Shown one piece after another: positions 21,401-31,356 of a DNA stretch of 64,000 bases; positions within the stretch are counted from its first letter, which is position 1; every line of letters begins with the position of its first letter. The stretch is from a virus, in IMG/VR virus record IMGVR_UViG_3300033146_001382, positions 96,001 to 160,000 of that record; one strand, 5' to 3'. Under the pieces are notes generated by a model. That model searched no databases and had not been told where the DNA came from. It saw only the letters and a program-made list of their open reading frames with translations. A program made the position numbers and the translations under genes.

Positions 21401-24400
21401 AACAAATCTATTTAAACAGAGGGATATTTTATCTTGGATTAAATTAGATTCTGAGGATTCAACACTTAATGCAGAAATAGGACCAGGTGCTATTGTACGT
21501 AAAAATCAAGATTACCAAATATATCTATCTTCCGGCCAAGTAGCTAATAATTGTAATGCTTACTATTTAAATAATTTAGTAGAAAATAAATTATCGTATC
21601 AATTATTAAATAATCATAAGTGGAGTAGTTACAAAACATTACATCATAATGAGGATGTAGCGTTCACTAATGAGCTTATAGGAAAACAGTACTCTGCCTC
21701 GTTTGAGAAAGTATCAAGTAAATATTGGAAGTTAGCAGTATTTGATACTGGAAGATATTTATTAAATAGTTTTAAATTATATAATGGTTTAATTTTATTA
21801 GATAATTATAATATTTATATTCAAGCTAAATCTGATTTTTTTAGTGGTAAATTTAAAACATCAATTGATCCTGACACAGGTAACATCCTCCCAGTTGCGG
21901 TAGTGGAAGATGACTTTTCTAATCATACTTATTTAGATTATTGGGAGTATTATTTTGGATTAAATTCTGTGAATAGTAACCTTATAGAGGCACATAATTG
22001 TCTATACCCTTATTTAGACGCTTGGGGAATAGCTGAAATTAGTAAGTCTTTTTTACCTGGAGTATTAAGTTTTAGTTTAGATGTAATATTTAGATTTGAT
22101 TTACCAAATAACTTAAAATATAGTATAGAACTTATAGATAGTAATAATAGAGTGTTATTTACTATGAGTTTGACAGGGCAATGTGATTCTACAATTACTT
22201 TAGATATATGGGCTTCTTTTCCCATGGCCCAAGAAATAAAACACTCTAGTCATTATGACTTAAACCCTATGTTATATGCTGGTGGACAAACATTAGCAGA
22301 CTACAGGTATGATGAGCTTACTTTTAGTGTAGAAAAAGTAGGAAATACATTTTCTTATATTAAATTAACGACTGAAAGTGGTGATATTCTTTTTAGTACT
22401 GAATCCCAAATTTCTTTTCCAGATAGAGTAAGTAAGTTAGCTATCAGGTACACTAATGAGGAAGCTAATGAGTACTACATACAAACTACTAAAATAAGTA
22501 CTATTGATGTTAGTTTTAAAGCACTCCCTTATCTAAGTGCACAAGAATCTATAGCATTTGACTTTAGGGATAGCGAGCCTGTAACTAAATTTGAAATAGT
22601 TCATACACAATCAGAACTTCTAAAACCTGCTATATTAATAAGTAATTTGGACCAGGACGACTACATATTTTGGGCTTTAAATTTCACTGAGACCGGTGAT
22701 TTAGCACCAGTAAGCTACAGTGTTTATACTGATAATGGGTATAGAAATCAGTCTGGGGCCTCTATACTAGATTCAAAACCATGGAATCTCTTTTTAAATA
22801 GAACTAGCTCCTATAATTATTTTTCTTTTAAAGCGCCTTCTTGTTTTGTAAAGTATGATTTTGGTGTGGGGAATGAGCGAGTAATAAATTATATATGTTA
22901 TACTGCGTATAATAGTACTAGTTACCAAACACCAGATATAGTTAAAATTTATGGTACCAACAAGTATGGTGATGCTTTTATACCTGAAGATACTACTAAT
23001 AAGTTATTAGTAGAATTTAATATTAATAAATATAATAGTGGTGTGAATCCTATTAATGAAGAATACTTTAATAATAATGCATATTTTAGATATATAGTAG
23101 TATATTGGCCCAAAAAAGGTGATACAGTACACTCACTTGTATTGGCAAAAAAGATTATATTTGGAAGAAGATTAGAAACATACAATCCATATAATACTAG
23201 AACTAATGAGTACGAAGTACTATTAATACATTCTAATAGTACTGTTGAAAATAGTAATTTCATTGATTCTTCATTCTATAACCATTTAATTATACCTTTA
23301 TATGCAAATAATACAGTCCACTCACTTGATGAAGTTAAATTTGGTAATTCTTCTATTTATTTTGCTGGTAGATACTCACCTTTAATTATAGGAGAAGACA
23401 CTTCTGAGTCAAAGGAGTATTTTAACTTCTCTGATAATGATTTTACTATAGATACATGGCTTTATATTGATACACGTGGTAATCATAGACGTATTTGTTC
23501 TACCCGATCATTAAGTGGTGTACAATCTGGAATGACAATATCACTTTTATCAAATGGGACTGTAAGGTTTAGAGATATATCAGCTGGTACTGTTATTTCT
23601 TCTTTTATAGTACCTGTAGCTGAATGGGTACACATTGCTATAGTAGGTTTTAACGGGGTAATTAAATTATATTTGAATGGAGTGGCTGATAATAATGTTT
23701 TAAATCAAAATACTTTATCATACCCAGGCACTAGATTTATTATAGGCAGGTTAATGGAACAAACTACTTATGCATTTTCGGGCTATATGGATGAATTTAG
23801 GGTTAATAATGGAGTAGCTTTGTGGGTAGAGGACTTTAGTCCTCCTGAATTCATTAATACTTTCGGTAATAGCCAACTAGTGTCTACTATTGAAGAGGAT
23901 TACATAAATTATTTAGCTATAGATTTACAACATTTACATGATATTGATTTTTTAAGAAACTCAGGGCCTAGTGACGATTTATATAATGTTTGGAATAATT
24001 CTGATATAGATTTTTCATCATCTAACACTGATAATATTGAGTATGTAGATTGGAGTGGGACAGCTGCAGCACTACTTTTAAATTTTGAACACTTTATAGA
24101 TAGTTCGGACTCATTACATGAGTTGGTAGTAAATGGGGATGTAAGTATTTCTACTATTGATAGCCCTGTACTTCCTAATGGTCACGCAATATTTAATGGG
24201 GGAACTATTTCAATAGCAACCTCAGATGATTTTAATTTTTATGCTATGGAATTTACAATTGATTTTAGAATAAGTAAAACATTAGATGGGCATGAAGGTA
24301 TAATATCTAAAATATCTGACGTAAACACTCGATCCTCATTTTCAATTTATTTTGGTGATAACAACTACTTAGAGGCCGCATTATATATAAATAGTAGTGT

Positions 24401-27400
24401 AATACTTTTAAAGTCTCAGTTTGCTTTTACTTTGTTTACCTGGTATCATGTAGCGTTAGTAAGATCTAGTGGTACAATTGGACTATATGTAAATGGTGAG
24501 GTACAAAGTAGTAATTATATTGGTACCTATAGTGAAATAAATTCATCCATTTGTCCATTAATTATTGGTGGCTTAGATGGATCAAATTTTATAGGTAGTA
24601 TGGATGAAGTAAGGATTATAAAAGATGGGGCTTATTGGAATCATAATTTTACTCCTTTAAATGAAGCATATACTAATAATACTGTAGGAGATAAAACTAA
24701 CGCTCGTTGGATCAAAATACCTATGGTTTGTGGAGACAATATAAAAAAACATTTACAGTATTTAGATGTATATCCAAATATAATAACTCCCTATATGCGT
24801 GATGGAGGCTATAATTGTGATTGGACTCCTTTTCCTGTTGCTAGTAGATTAACTGATTACTCTACAAGTGCACGCAATTTAGCCCCTTTTAGTACTATAT
24901 TAAACATAGAGCAGTCTTACTATGATTTTGATTCTTCAGAATTAGATGATTGGAACGATTTAGTTTACCCTGTAACTATTGCTTCTGGAGTTACACAAAC
25001 TAATTTTTCAGGAGAATTTTTAGATTCTATTTGGGAGGTTTATAGTGAGGAATTTACAGATGTTAGATCTAGTTTAGAACAAAGTAACAAAGCTTTAAGG
25101 ATAAATTTTTATGAAACTGATGACGGTTTATGTAGTTTTAGAACTAAAGATATAGTAGGTGATTGCACTTTAGAGTTGGAACTGGATTTTAGTATATCAC
25201 ATAAACAAGCTGGTGATTTTTTAACATTTTTAAATATATATAGTCAGAATAGTGCACATAAAGTTAGTTTAGTTCGTAGAAATACTACTGTTGATTCTAG
25301 TCCGGCACTTCAGTTATGGAAAGATGATAGTAAATTAAGTACTATTATGTTTCCAGATGAGACTATTAATGAAGTGACTAAGCTTAGATTGGAAAAACGA
25401 GGTTACACTTTTATTGCGTCATATTTTAACTATAAACAGAATACTTGGATTTTTTTCAGTGATCATATTAATTATGAGTTAGGATATGATTATCCAGTAT
25501 ATTTTGAATTACTTGTAGATAAGTACACTGACTTTCCAGCTGAGACGCTAAAGGTCACAAATGCATCTTTAACAATAGAAAACGACACTTCGATTGGAAT
25601 AGGTAAGTGGGGAACAGATATGGTAGATGATGATATTGATCAGTTATGTTTAACATATCTAACTCCTAATATTCTTATGGATATAGGACCTAAGCTTACA
25701 CTTGATGACTTAATAATAGGTAGACAAATCCAGAATTTTGAATTCAGTTATTATAACCAAGGTCCAAATGGGGCAGGGTTCGCTATATTAGATAGTGAGG
25801 GTGACGAGATATTAGGGGTAGCTACTAATTCTCCTGAATGGATGGTTAATTCTAAGAATGGTTGGAAGATAATAAAGTGCGAAATTACTTTAGGTAATAA
25901 TGATTGGTACAGAGTTAATATAACATTTAATTGGGTAGATTACTCAGTTACTATTACGTGGGCTAGTATTAATTCCACAGATTTTATATCTTATACAACG
26001 TATTTAATGAAACAGACAAATGTGGCTTCATTCCAAATAAGGGCAATGGCAGGACGTTCATGGGGGTTAAGTTATCAAGATATTAGATTTGATAATATCA
26101 GTGTTATTCCTACAGCTCATTGGCTCTATGATTGGATTCCATATAATTGTCTTACAGGGGAAGATGCTGCTGAAGGATATGATAATTCTTGGGGTTTCCC
26201 AGCATCCGATCCTAAACCTACATTAGTATTAGATTTAGGTGGGTTATTTCCTATCAATAATTTTGTACTACATCATACCCCTACTTCAGAAGATACCGAT
26301 TGGATGAACACGGATTATACTATATCATATGCTATAACTAGTTCAGGTATATTCACACCACTAATAGATATAACAGGTAATACTGATGCAGTAAGACATC
26401 ATACTTTGGAGCCCACAGTAGAGTGTGCTTTTATAAAGTTGGAAATAAATTCCTATACTAAACCAGCAATACCTCCGGTTATAACTACTACTACACAGGA
26501 AGATGTAATTGAAACTACTATAATAGATGGCGGGTTTTTAAGAGAATTTGAAATATGGCAAGCAGAGGGTAATGAAGCTATAAATTCTAAAGATCATCCT
26601 ATAGTGTGTATAGACCTAAAAGATCAATTTAATGTAAATAGTCATATCTTGGGGGTAGTGGGTAGGTCTAATAGAACACTTAAAAGATCTAATAGTTCTT
26701 CAAGTCCAGATTGGTATAATGACGAAGAATTTTTTCAGTATTCTGATGATTTTACTACTGATCCTAATAAAGTAGCATTCTCTTTACCAGCCCAATCTGC
26801 CGTATTATTTTCTTACCCTAATGATTATATAGATGTTAATGGTATAGGAGGCCCAGTGATATTGAGTAATTCTACTTTTTTAGCTAGAGGCCATTATGAA
26901 ATAAGTTGGCAATTATATAGACCAGATAGTGCTGAATTAATAAAAATGGATATTATAGGTATAAATTCTTATACTATTACAACAGATGAAATAGCTTCAA
27001 GTTGGATTTATCAAACTAATTTATTATATGTAGAGGAATCTGGATATTATTCTATACAAGTAAGAGCCACAGCTTCAGAATTGACTGGTTCATGGGGAGT
27101 AAGAGGTATAAACTTTCTGAATAGCACCTCTACTACTAGATGGGTAGCAGTCCGTAGAATAACTGCTGAAAATTTTACATATGACACTAGAGACCCAAAT
27201 GCTCTTGAGCCAGAACTTAGAGGGGTAGCCCCAGGTATAGATTTTTTACCAAAAATACTCATATATACTGGAGATGATGTTAGGCCTACTGAGTATAGCT
27301 GGTGGTGGTCATCCATTATTAGTGAATTGTCTAATGATTCTATAAATACTAAAGTAGGTAAAAGATCACTTAAAATAAGTTATCCAGCGTCTAAGTTAGT

Positions 27401-28658
27401 AGATTATGTACGATTCAGAGAAGGGGACCATTTTGGGACAGACTCTGATTATTCGTTTAAAGATGCTTTAAGTATGTGGTTATATATTAGTGATATTGAT
27501 AAATTAGATATAGAGAATGGTGGTATAGCTTTTGGTTGTTTTGATGGTTGGGAGAGTACTAGTACTGTTTTTAAATATGAGCATGACTTTACTGGTACTA
27601 CTATACAGAAAACTATTGTAACTTGGAATTTTATAGATATGAATTTAGATACTGGATGGAATAAAGTTATTCTTAGATTTGATAAGTATAGTAGTATATA
27701 TCCAGAATTTGATACTGAATTTGCTAGATTAAGTTCATTGTTAAATTTTAGGTATAATAGTACATCATCTTTTGGTATGGTATTTAGTGGTAAAGATGCA
27801 GAGTTTTATATGCTTTTAGATGGCATTCATATTGAACGTAATTACTTTTATGATGAAGTTGTTTATGGTAATAAAGGACTTTGTTTAACTTGGGGAGAAT
27901 TTGCAGAGATACCATTAAGTGGTACTAGTCTTAGAAGAGGTTCAATAGAGATGTGGTTAAAATTGTATACTGCTAGTAATGGTATTGATATCTATGGGAA
28001 TGTAGCTTCAAGAACTATTTTTACTTTAATTAATAACAATGATGAATGTATAACTTTAAGTATACGGGGTTCGCACTGGTTTGAAATAGGCATAGGTAAT
28101 GTAAAGGCTTCTTTTTCTTCTTTATATGTTGATTCTAATAAGGTTGATTTAAGTAACTTTGTTTTTAGTATAGGGGATAAATTACATTTAGCATTAACTT
28201 GGAGCCATGATGGCTCTGAAATGTCCAATGTAAACACTTTACGTTTATTTGTAAATGGTATAGAATGTCTCTCTTCTAATTCTACTTGGGATATATCAGA
28301 TAATAAAGGAGTACTGTTAAGACTAGGTGGTGGTAACTCATACCTATCTACTAATGATAATGATGACGGTAGTGCAATTTTTAGTAATGTAAAGATATAT
28401 AATTATTGTAAGGAGGAGTTTAATCTAGCAGAACATACTCCAATCATTTATGATGCGTTGTCTGCTAATAATTTTGTACGTTTATCTGCAGATGATATTA
28501 CTTTTTACAATAATACAGCATTAGAACTACCTTTACTATTTGAATCAGTACAACCAGGAGAGAAAATAAAAGTATATACTAAAGTAGATAAAACTAAACC
28601 AGAATTATATAATCAATTTACTGGTACTATTTCTGTAGATTGGGAAGTACCAGTCTAA
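18429..28658 (+). CDS. Giant multi-domain virion adhesin/tail protein with LamG (ConA-like) and F5/8-like domains
   Basis: 3409 aa. TTG start 8 nt after AAGGAG (18415-18420). LamG signatures (FTIDTW...WVHIAIV...KLYLNG...GYMDEFRV; FTIDF...WYHVALVR...GLYVNG...GSMDEVRI; GSIEMW...HLALTW...RLFVNG). Discoidin-like segments such as LVLDLGG..PINNFVLHH. Confidence 0.75.
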   Translation: MKTTYNLLKDAFSIRNTSTCQYDSLHGYISNFSRNGDVDGWDIYSNICLYGVWDTVLFGTSLERECYISRTNIFIPIPAEEYHILKVTMKLTPPDGFLDEHLPTKGRIMWQTVADPSWNEDKSIDFDLVVNDQWYSYILNTGESQYWQGDIDNIRIYPFIDGKPDIRFTIKTINVDSTNYFRCINTQCSFYSNFRHPCEGIGKRASITSGIPKEFFTTVSGVNDKLILNIDDYGSQQINIGNFTNVTGSDMAKILVNRISLVDVGQYTYVEATFDTTKNKFTIYSGSSVDGGVIHISGPAAKELGFTDELGNEVVTKTIGCEPASGFDYAASRRLKGFEINALIDADTEHTAYYHNPNQYTVEAGRPDFIDSMSSSHAPRPIDIDYYKEIDGNNKLIIDGSHPVNDSGRLTHIKVNGTRCKDADDNIYASSRFSESFSKVVLLRPYRVDNINESYVKIIHTAILGDPEKGAVHTSSDVTYSVDVNWLVNKGDLIGFYNFNVLCPHSLNQHTPNAVYFEVNGLPDGRFYIGKPAAKGVIGLSFYARSSRIQENIQLEIDLGRRINIEELTVHGKELKTNYEYNVASCLDVTWQVDLHNETHWHKVGHCYYGTLRRVEHRNKAYGLECLDDCVTTPDNGQQGSSYTSRPLGGSLHLDGTNWIQNDDPDTYSGLVTIGEHSYFYVNGDGEWNNAGCGTPSPYNPDAAYHTMEFQSPWSAGPPYDYEFDPITFTLLFPPGRQVPIHRSAIYFKESNNFKHISLSYYLGEFGPNGNAEELHWEFVPKFNSVELDGTMLYEGVTDGSRSSEKYDSIYFSNPWPMAKPKYVNGRCVNWNIYQTMMNERMNTLKHYFTPIPCYGFRYHNEWHLSTKITEIEVFSGLYMKPSLLDNVSIYTSLYGEEWNELVFTADEMDDERINSHVTGSPRYFYLEIQSQDIFKLKELNATISTEHIRDLECYDTIDPDIAPKGVVTTSKELIIENTYNIPLNLIVDIPTNLFKQRDILSWIKLDSEDSTLNAEIGPGAIVRKNQDYQIYLSSGQVANNCNAYYLNNLVENKLSYQLLNNHKWSSYKTLHHNEDVAFTNELIGKQYSASFEKVSSKYWKLAVFDTGRYLLNSFKLYNGLILLDNYNIYIQAKSDFFSGKFKTSIDPDTGNILPVAVVEDDFSNHTYLDYWEYYFGLNSVNSNLIEAHNCLYPYLDAWGIAEISKSFLPGVLSFSLDVIFRFDLPNNLKYSIELIDSNNRVLFTMSLTGQCDSTITLDIWASFPMAQEIKHSSHYDLNPMLYAGGQTLADYRYDELTFSVEKVGNTFSYIKLTTESGDILFSTESQISFPDRVSKLAIRYTNEEANEYYIQTTKISTIDVSFKALPYLSAQESIAFDFRDSEPVTKFEIVHTQSELLKPAILISNLDQDDYIFWALNFTETGDLAPVSYSVYTDNGYRNQSGASILDSKPWNLFLNRTSSYNYFSFKAPSCFVKYDFGVGNERVINYICYTAYNSTSYQTPDIVKIYGTNKYGDAFIPEDTTNKLLVEFNINKYNSGVNPINEEYFNNNAYFRYIVVYWPKKGDTVHSLVLAKKIIFGRRLETYNPYNTRTNEYEVLLIHSNSTVENSNFIDSSFYNHLIIPLYANNTVHSLDEVKFGNSSIYFAGRYSPLIIGEDTSESKEYFNFSDNDFTIDTWLYIDTRGNHRRICSTRSLSGVQSGMTISLLSNGTVRFRDISAGTVISSFIVPVAEWVHIAIVGFNGVIKLYLNGVADNNVLNQNTLSYPGTRFIIGRLMEQTTYAFSGYMDEFRVNNGVALWVEDFSPPEFINTFGNSQLVSTIEEDYINYLAIDLQHLHDIDFLRNSGPSDDLYNVWNNSDIDFSSSNTDNIEYVDWSGTAAALLLNFEHFIDSSDSLHELVVNGDVSISTIDSPVLPNGHAIFNGGTISIATSDDFNFYAMEFTIDFRISKTLDGHEGIISKISDVNTRSSFSIYFGDNNYLEAALYINSSVILLKSQFAFTLFTWYHVALVRSSGTIGLYVNGEVQSSNYIGTYSEINSSICPLIIGGLDGSNFIGSMDEVRIIKDGAYWNHNFTPLNEAYTNNTVGDKTNARWIKIPMVCGDNIKKHLQYLDVYPNIITPYMRDGGYNCDWTPFPVASRLTDYSTSARNLAPFSTILNIEQSYYDFDSSELDDWNDLVYPVTIASGVTQTNFSGEFLDSIWEVYSEEFTDVRSSLEQSNKALRINFYETDDGLCSFRTKDIVGDCTLELELDFSISHKQAGDFLTFLNIYSQNSAHKVSLVRRNTTVDSSPALQLWKDDSKLSTIMFPDETINEVTKLRLEKRGYTFIASYFNYKQNTWIFFSDHINYELGYDYPVYFELLVDKYTDFPAETLKVTNASLTIENDTSIGIGKWGTDMVDDDIDQLCLTYLTPNILMDIGPKLTLDDLIIGRQIQNFEFSYYNQGPNGAGFAILDSEGDEILGVATNSPEWMVNSKNGWKIIKCEITLGNNDWYRVNITFNWVDYSVTITWASINSTDFISYTTYLMKQTNVASFQIRAMAGRSWGLSYQDIRFDNISVIPTAHWLYDWIPYNCLTGEDAAEGYDNSWGFPASDPKPTLVLDLGGLFPINNFVLHHTPTSEDTDWMNTDYTISYAITSSGIFTPLIDITGNTDAVRHHTLEPTVECAFIKLEINSYTKPAIPPVITTTTQEDVIETTIIDGGFLREFEIWQAEGNEAINSKDHPIVCIDLKDQFNVNSHILGVVGRSNRTLKRSNSSSSPDWYNDEEFFQYSDDFTTDPNKVAFSLPAQSAVLFSYPNDYIDVNGIGGPVILSNSTFLARGHYEISWQLYRPDSAELIKMDIIGINSYTITTDEIASSWIYQTNLLYVEESGYYSIQVRATASELTGSWGVRGINFLNSTSTTRWVAVRRITAENFTYDTRDPNALEPELRGVAPGIDFLPKILIYTGDDVRPTEYSWWWSSIISELSNDSINTKVGKRSLKISYPASKLVDYVRFREGDHFGTDSDYSFKDALSMWLYISDIDKLDIENGGIAFGCFDGWESTSTVFKYEHDFTGTTIQKTIVTWNFIDMNLDTGWNKVILRFDKYSSIYPEFDTEFARLSSLLNFRYNSTSSFGMVFSGKDAEFYMLLDGIHIERNYFYDEVVYGNKGLCLTWGEFAEIPLSGTSLRRGSIEMWLKLYTASNGIDIYGNVASRTIFTLINNNDECITLSIRGSHWFEIGIGNVKASFSSLYVDSNKVDLSNFVFSIGDKLHLALTWSHDGSEMSNVNTLRLFVNGIECLSSNSTWDISDNKGVLLRLGGGNSYLSTNDNDDGSAIFSNVKIYNYCKEEFNLAEHTPIIYDALSANNFVRLSADDITFYNNTALELPLLFESVQPGEKIKVYTKVDKTKPELYNQFTGTISVDWEVPV

Positions 28659-28675
28659 GGAGCTTAGGTATAAAT

Positions 28676-31354
28676 ATGTCAAATTATAATTTAATAAAAA
28701 GTGGATTGATTAATACTAACAATTTAGGTACTAAATATTTAAACTCTACTCAACTTAGTTTTTTGTATGATGGTAATACTACTACTTCTGGTATAGATTT
28801 AATTGTTACAGATACTTTATATCTAGATATAGATTTATATAATAGAATAGATGTAAAAGAGTTTAAATTATATATTGATGTGCCTGATAGACCAGCGGCG
28901 CTAACAAAAGTTAATTTTTATTATAAAAATTTAGTTGAAGAAAATTATATTTTATGCTCAAAGGGCCAAGATGAATTTACATTCTACCCTGTAGGGCTAC
29001 CAGAGTTATTTGCTCCTAGGTTTTGTAGAATTACTATAGATTTATTAGAATGTACTATATTTGAAGTAGTATTACTTAATTCATCAGATCAGGTCGCCTT
29101 CGGTGCGGATGGTAATGAATCATCCATAGTTATGGATTATACTTATGATAATTATACTACTTTGCCTATTTTTAATAATGCAACAACAGGATCTGTACCA
29201 GTAAATGCATATGTAATGGTAGATTACCAAGAAAAGGAGTCTGATTTTTATCTTACTTTAAGTAGCTCTATAGATGGAGAGTATAAAGGTTTAGAGGACG
29301 GAGCACTTATAAAAACAGATGATTCATCTTTTAAATACACATGGTCTAAAGGTAAATTTAACGGGACCATGGTTGTGGGGGATAACATTCAGGTTGACCC
29401 TAATAATTATGGCACTTCTTATTATTATTATACTACGCCTGTGGTTTCTCTAGGGGACCCATTAATGTCTTCTTTTTTAATTACTAGGCGAACTACAAAT
29501 AGTGGTACTAGTATTACTTGGGGGAACCCAGAGGATGCTTCTTTAGTAAAAATACGTAGTTTTAATACTGCACCAGTATCATTTACTAAATTTTTTATTT
29601 CTAATACTTTGGTTGATAAACAAGTACTTATATATGAGGGTGATTTAGCTACTGGTGAGTTTGATAATAATATTACTATTTATTCTACATCAGTTGAAAA
29701 TAATTCTATTATATTTGATCAGCATTCTGGTACTTTTGTTATGTTGTTGGCAAATGATAAAGTGGTAAGACTTAAATATCATGTTCGTGGAGATACAAGT
29801 ATATTAGCCTCTTCTAGTTCAGATAGTAATAATAAATTTAATGAGCAATGGGGACTAGATGGGGTAGGTAATGTTTGGGGGTATGTTAGTAATTCTGGGT
29901 ATAAATTGAGATTTTTAACTAGTGATACATTAGTAGCTTCTACAGTATTAATTGATGAAGCCATCTCATTTGTTACTGATTTATCACCTAATATATTGTA
30001 CCCTAGCTGTTGGTTTACTGACTCAAGTGTGCGGATGTTAAAACAAGTAGATCCTAGTGGTGAACTATTAGTTAGCAAACCTATGAATAATCCTACTTAT
30101 GTTACTTCATTGTACGATGGTGGCTGTTTAGTGGTAGATGAAGGGCTTTCAACTATATTTCGTGTTAACTATAGTGGAGAAACTATTTTTGAAATACATT
30201 ATCCATCAATTTATGAAATTATAGATATAGAATATAATTTATTCTATGATGACATCTCTTCGTTACATGAAAGATTTTGGGTATTAACGTCTGATGGTCA
30301 TGTTTTTCAATCTACATTAGAAGGTGTAGGTATATCTGACACTAGATATACATTAGCTACTAGTATACATGCTTTTTTAGGAGGTTGTTTAGTACATTGC
30401 TCTGCTTCAAATCGTACTTATCAATTAAACTCTGATGGGATACAAACTAGAATTTGGGATTATTCTGGGCTTAGTACTATGGGTTTAGTTCCTTGCCCTG
30501 TTAGTTTATCCTATGATAAATACTTAGATAAATATAAATTTGATACCCTTTTACCTTTACCTTCTGACCCTTTATGGGAAAATGTTACTGAGCAGGGATG
30601 GCAAGAGGTAAAGGATGATGGGTATTTACTCCCATTTGCACAATATCATCAATTGAAATACAAATTTAATCCTATAATTTTAGAGGTTCCAATAACCAAT
30701 AGCGATTTTGAAACTGGTGATCTTACAGGGTGGCAAACGTCAGGTACTGGTTGGTACGCTTCTGGTGATAATGTTTATCAGGGTGCTTATAAGGCGAGGT
30801 TAATTCACACTTCATGGGCTACTGGTTATCTTTACCAGACACTTTCTTTAGATACAATTAATTCTATAGATTTTGACTTATTAGATTTTGATGTACAAGG
30901 CTACATATTTAATTTAAATTTTTGGTTTTATTGGACTATTGCTACTGATTGGAGCTATTATGCTAAAATTTCCTTATATTTTTATAGTCAGGCTATGCAA
31001 GAAATAGTTGATACTTCGGTGTCTGTTAAATATGGGGCCCCAGGGGGAGATAATAGATGGTATAATAAGTTTATTCAGGCTAAATTACCTAGTGGTACAA
31101 GATATGTTAAAATAGAGGTATTTAATAGTAAATATAGGTATGATAGTACTTATGACGCATTTGATTCATTTAGAGCACATTTAGTGCATTCCCCTGTACT
31201 ATCTATTGTAGGAGTACCTGAGCCTGTTAAATTACAGGATATCGCACCACAGACTTCGAAAAATGTATATCTTAAAACAAATTTTCCAGTAAATACTGTA
31301 GATAAGGATTATAAAACTAGATTAAAATGTTGGTGGGGCACTAAGGAGGAATAA
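28676..31354 (+). CDS. Putative virion protein with beta-propeller-like repeats and CBM-like domain
   Basis: ATG at 28676 preferred over the track's TTG at 28640, which overlaps the upstream gene. NHL-like repeats (GNVWGY, WFTDS..R.LKQVD.SGE, LVVDE...IFRVN.SGE). ITNSDFETGDLTGW is typical of galactose-binding-like CBMs. Confidence 0.65.
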   Translation: MSNYNLIKSGLINTNNLGTKYLNSTQLSFLYDGNTTTSGIDLIVTDTLYLDIDLYNRIDVKEFKLYIDVPDRPAALTKVNFYYKNLVEENYILCSKGQDEFTFYPVGLPELFAPRFCRITIDLLECTIFEVVLLNSSDQVAFGADGNESSIVMDYTYDNYTTLPIFNNATTGSVPVNAYVMVDYQEKESDFYLTLSSSIDGEYKGLEDGALIKTDDSSFKYTWSKGKFNGTMVVGDNIQVDPNNYGTSYYYYTTPVVSLGDPLMSSFLITRRTTNSGTSITWGNPEDASLVKIRSFNTAPVSFTKFFISNTLVDKQVLIYEGDLATGEFDNNITIYSTSVENNSIIFDQHSGTFVMLLANDKVVRLKYHVRGDTSILASSSSDSNNKFNEQWGLDGVGNVWGYVSNSGYKLRFLTSDTLVASTVLIDEAISFVTDLSPNILYPSCWFTDSSVRMLKQVDPSGELLVSKPMNNPTYVTSLYDGGCLVVDEGLSTIFRVNYSGETIFEIHYPSIYEIIDIEYNLFYDDISSLHERFWVLTSDGHVFQSTLEGVGISDTRYTLATSIHAFLGGCLVHCSASNRTYQLNSDGIQTRIWDYSGLSTMGLVPCPVSLSYDKYLDKYKFDTLLPLPSDPLWENVTEQGWQEVKDDGYLLPFAQYHQLKYKFNPIILEVPITNSDFETGDLTGWQTSGTGWYASGDNVYQGAYKARLIHTSWATGYLYQTLSLDTINSIDFDLLDFDVQGYIFNLNFWFYWTIATDWSYYAKISLYFYSQAMQEIVDTSVSVKYGAPGGDNRWYNKFIQAKLPSGTRYVKIEVFNSKYRYDSTYDAFDSFRAHLVHSPVLSIVGVPEPVKLQDIAPQTSKNVYLKTNFPVNTVDKDYKTRLKCWWGTKEE

Positions 31355-31356
31355 TA

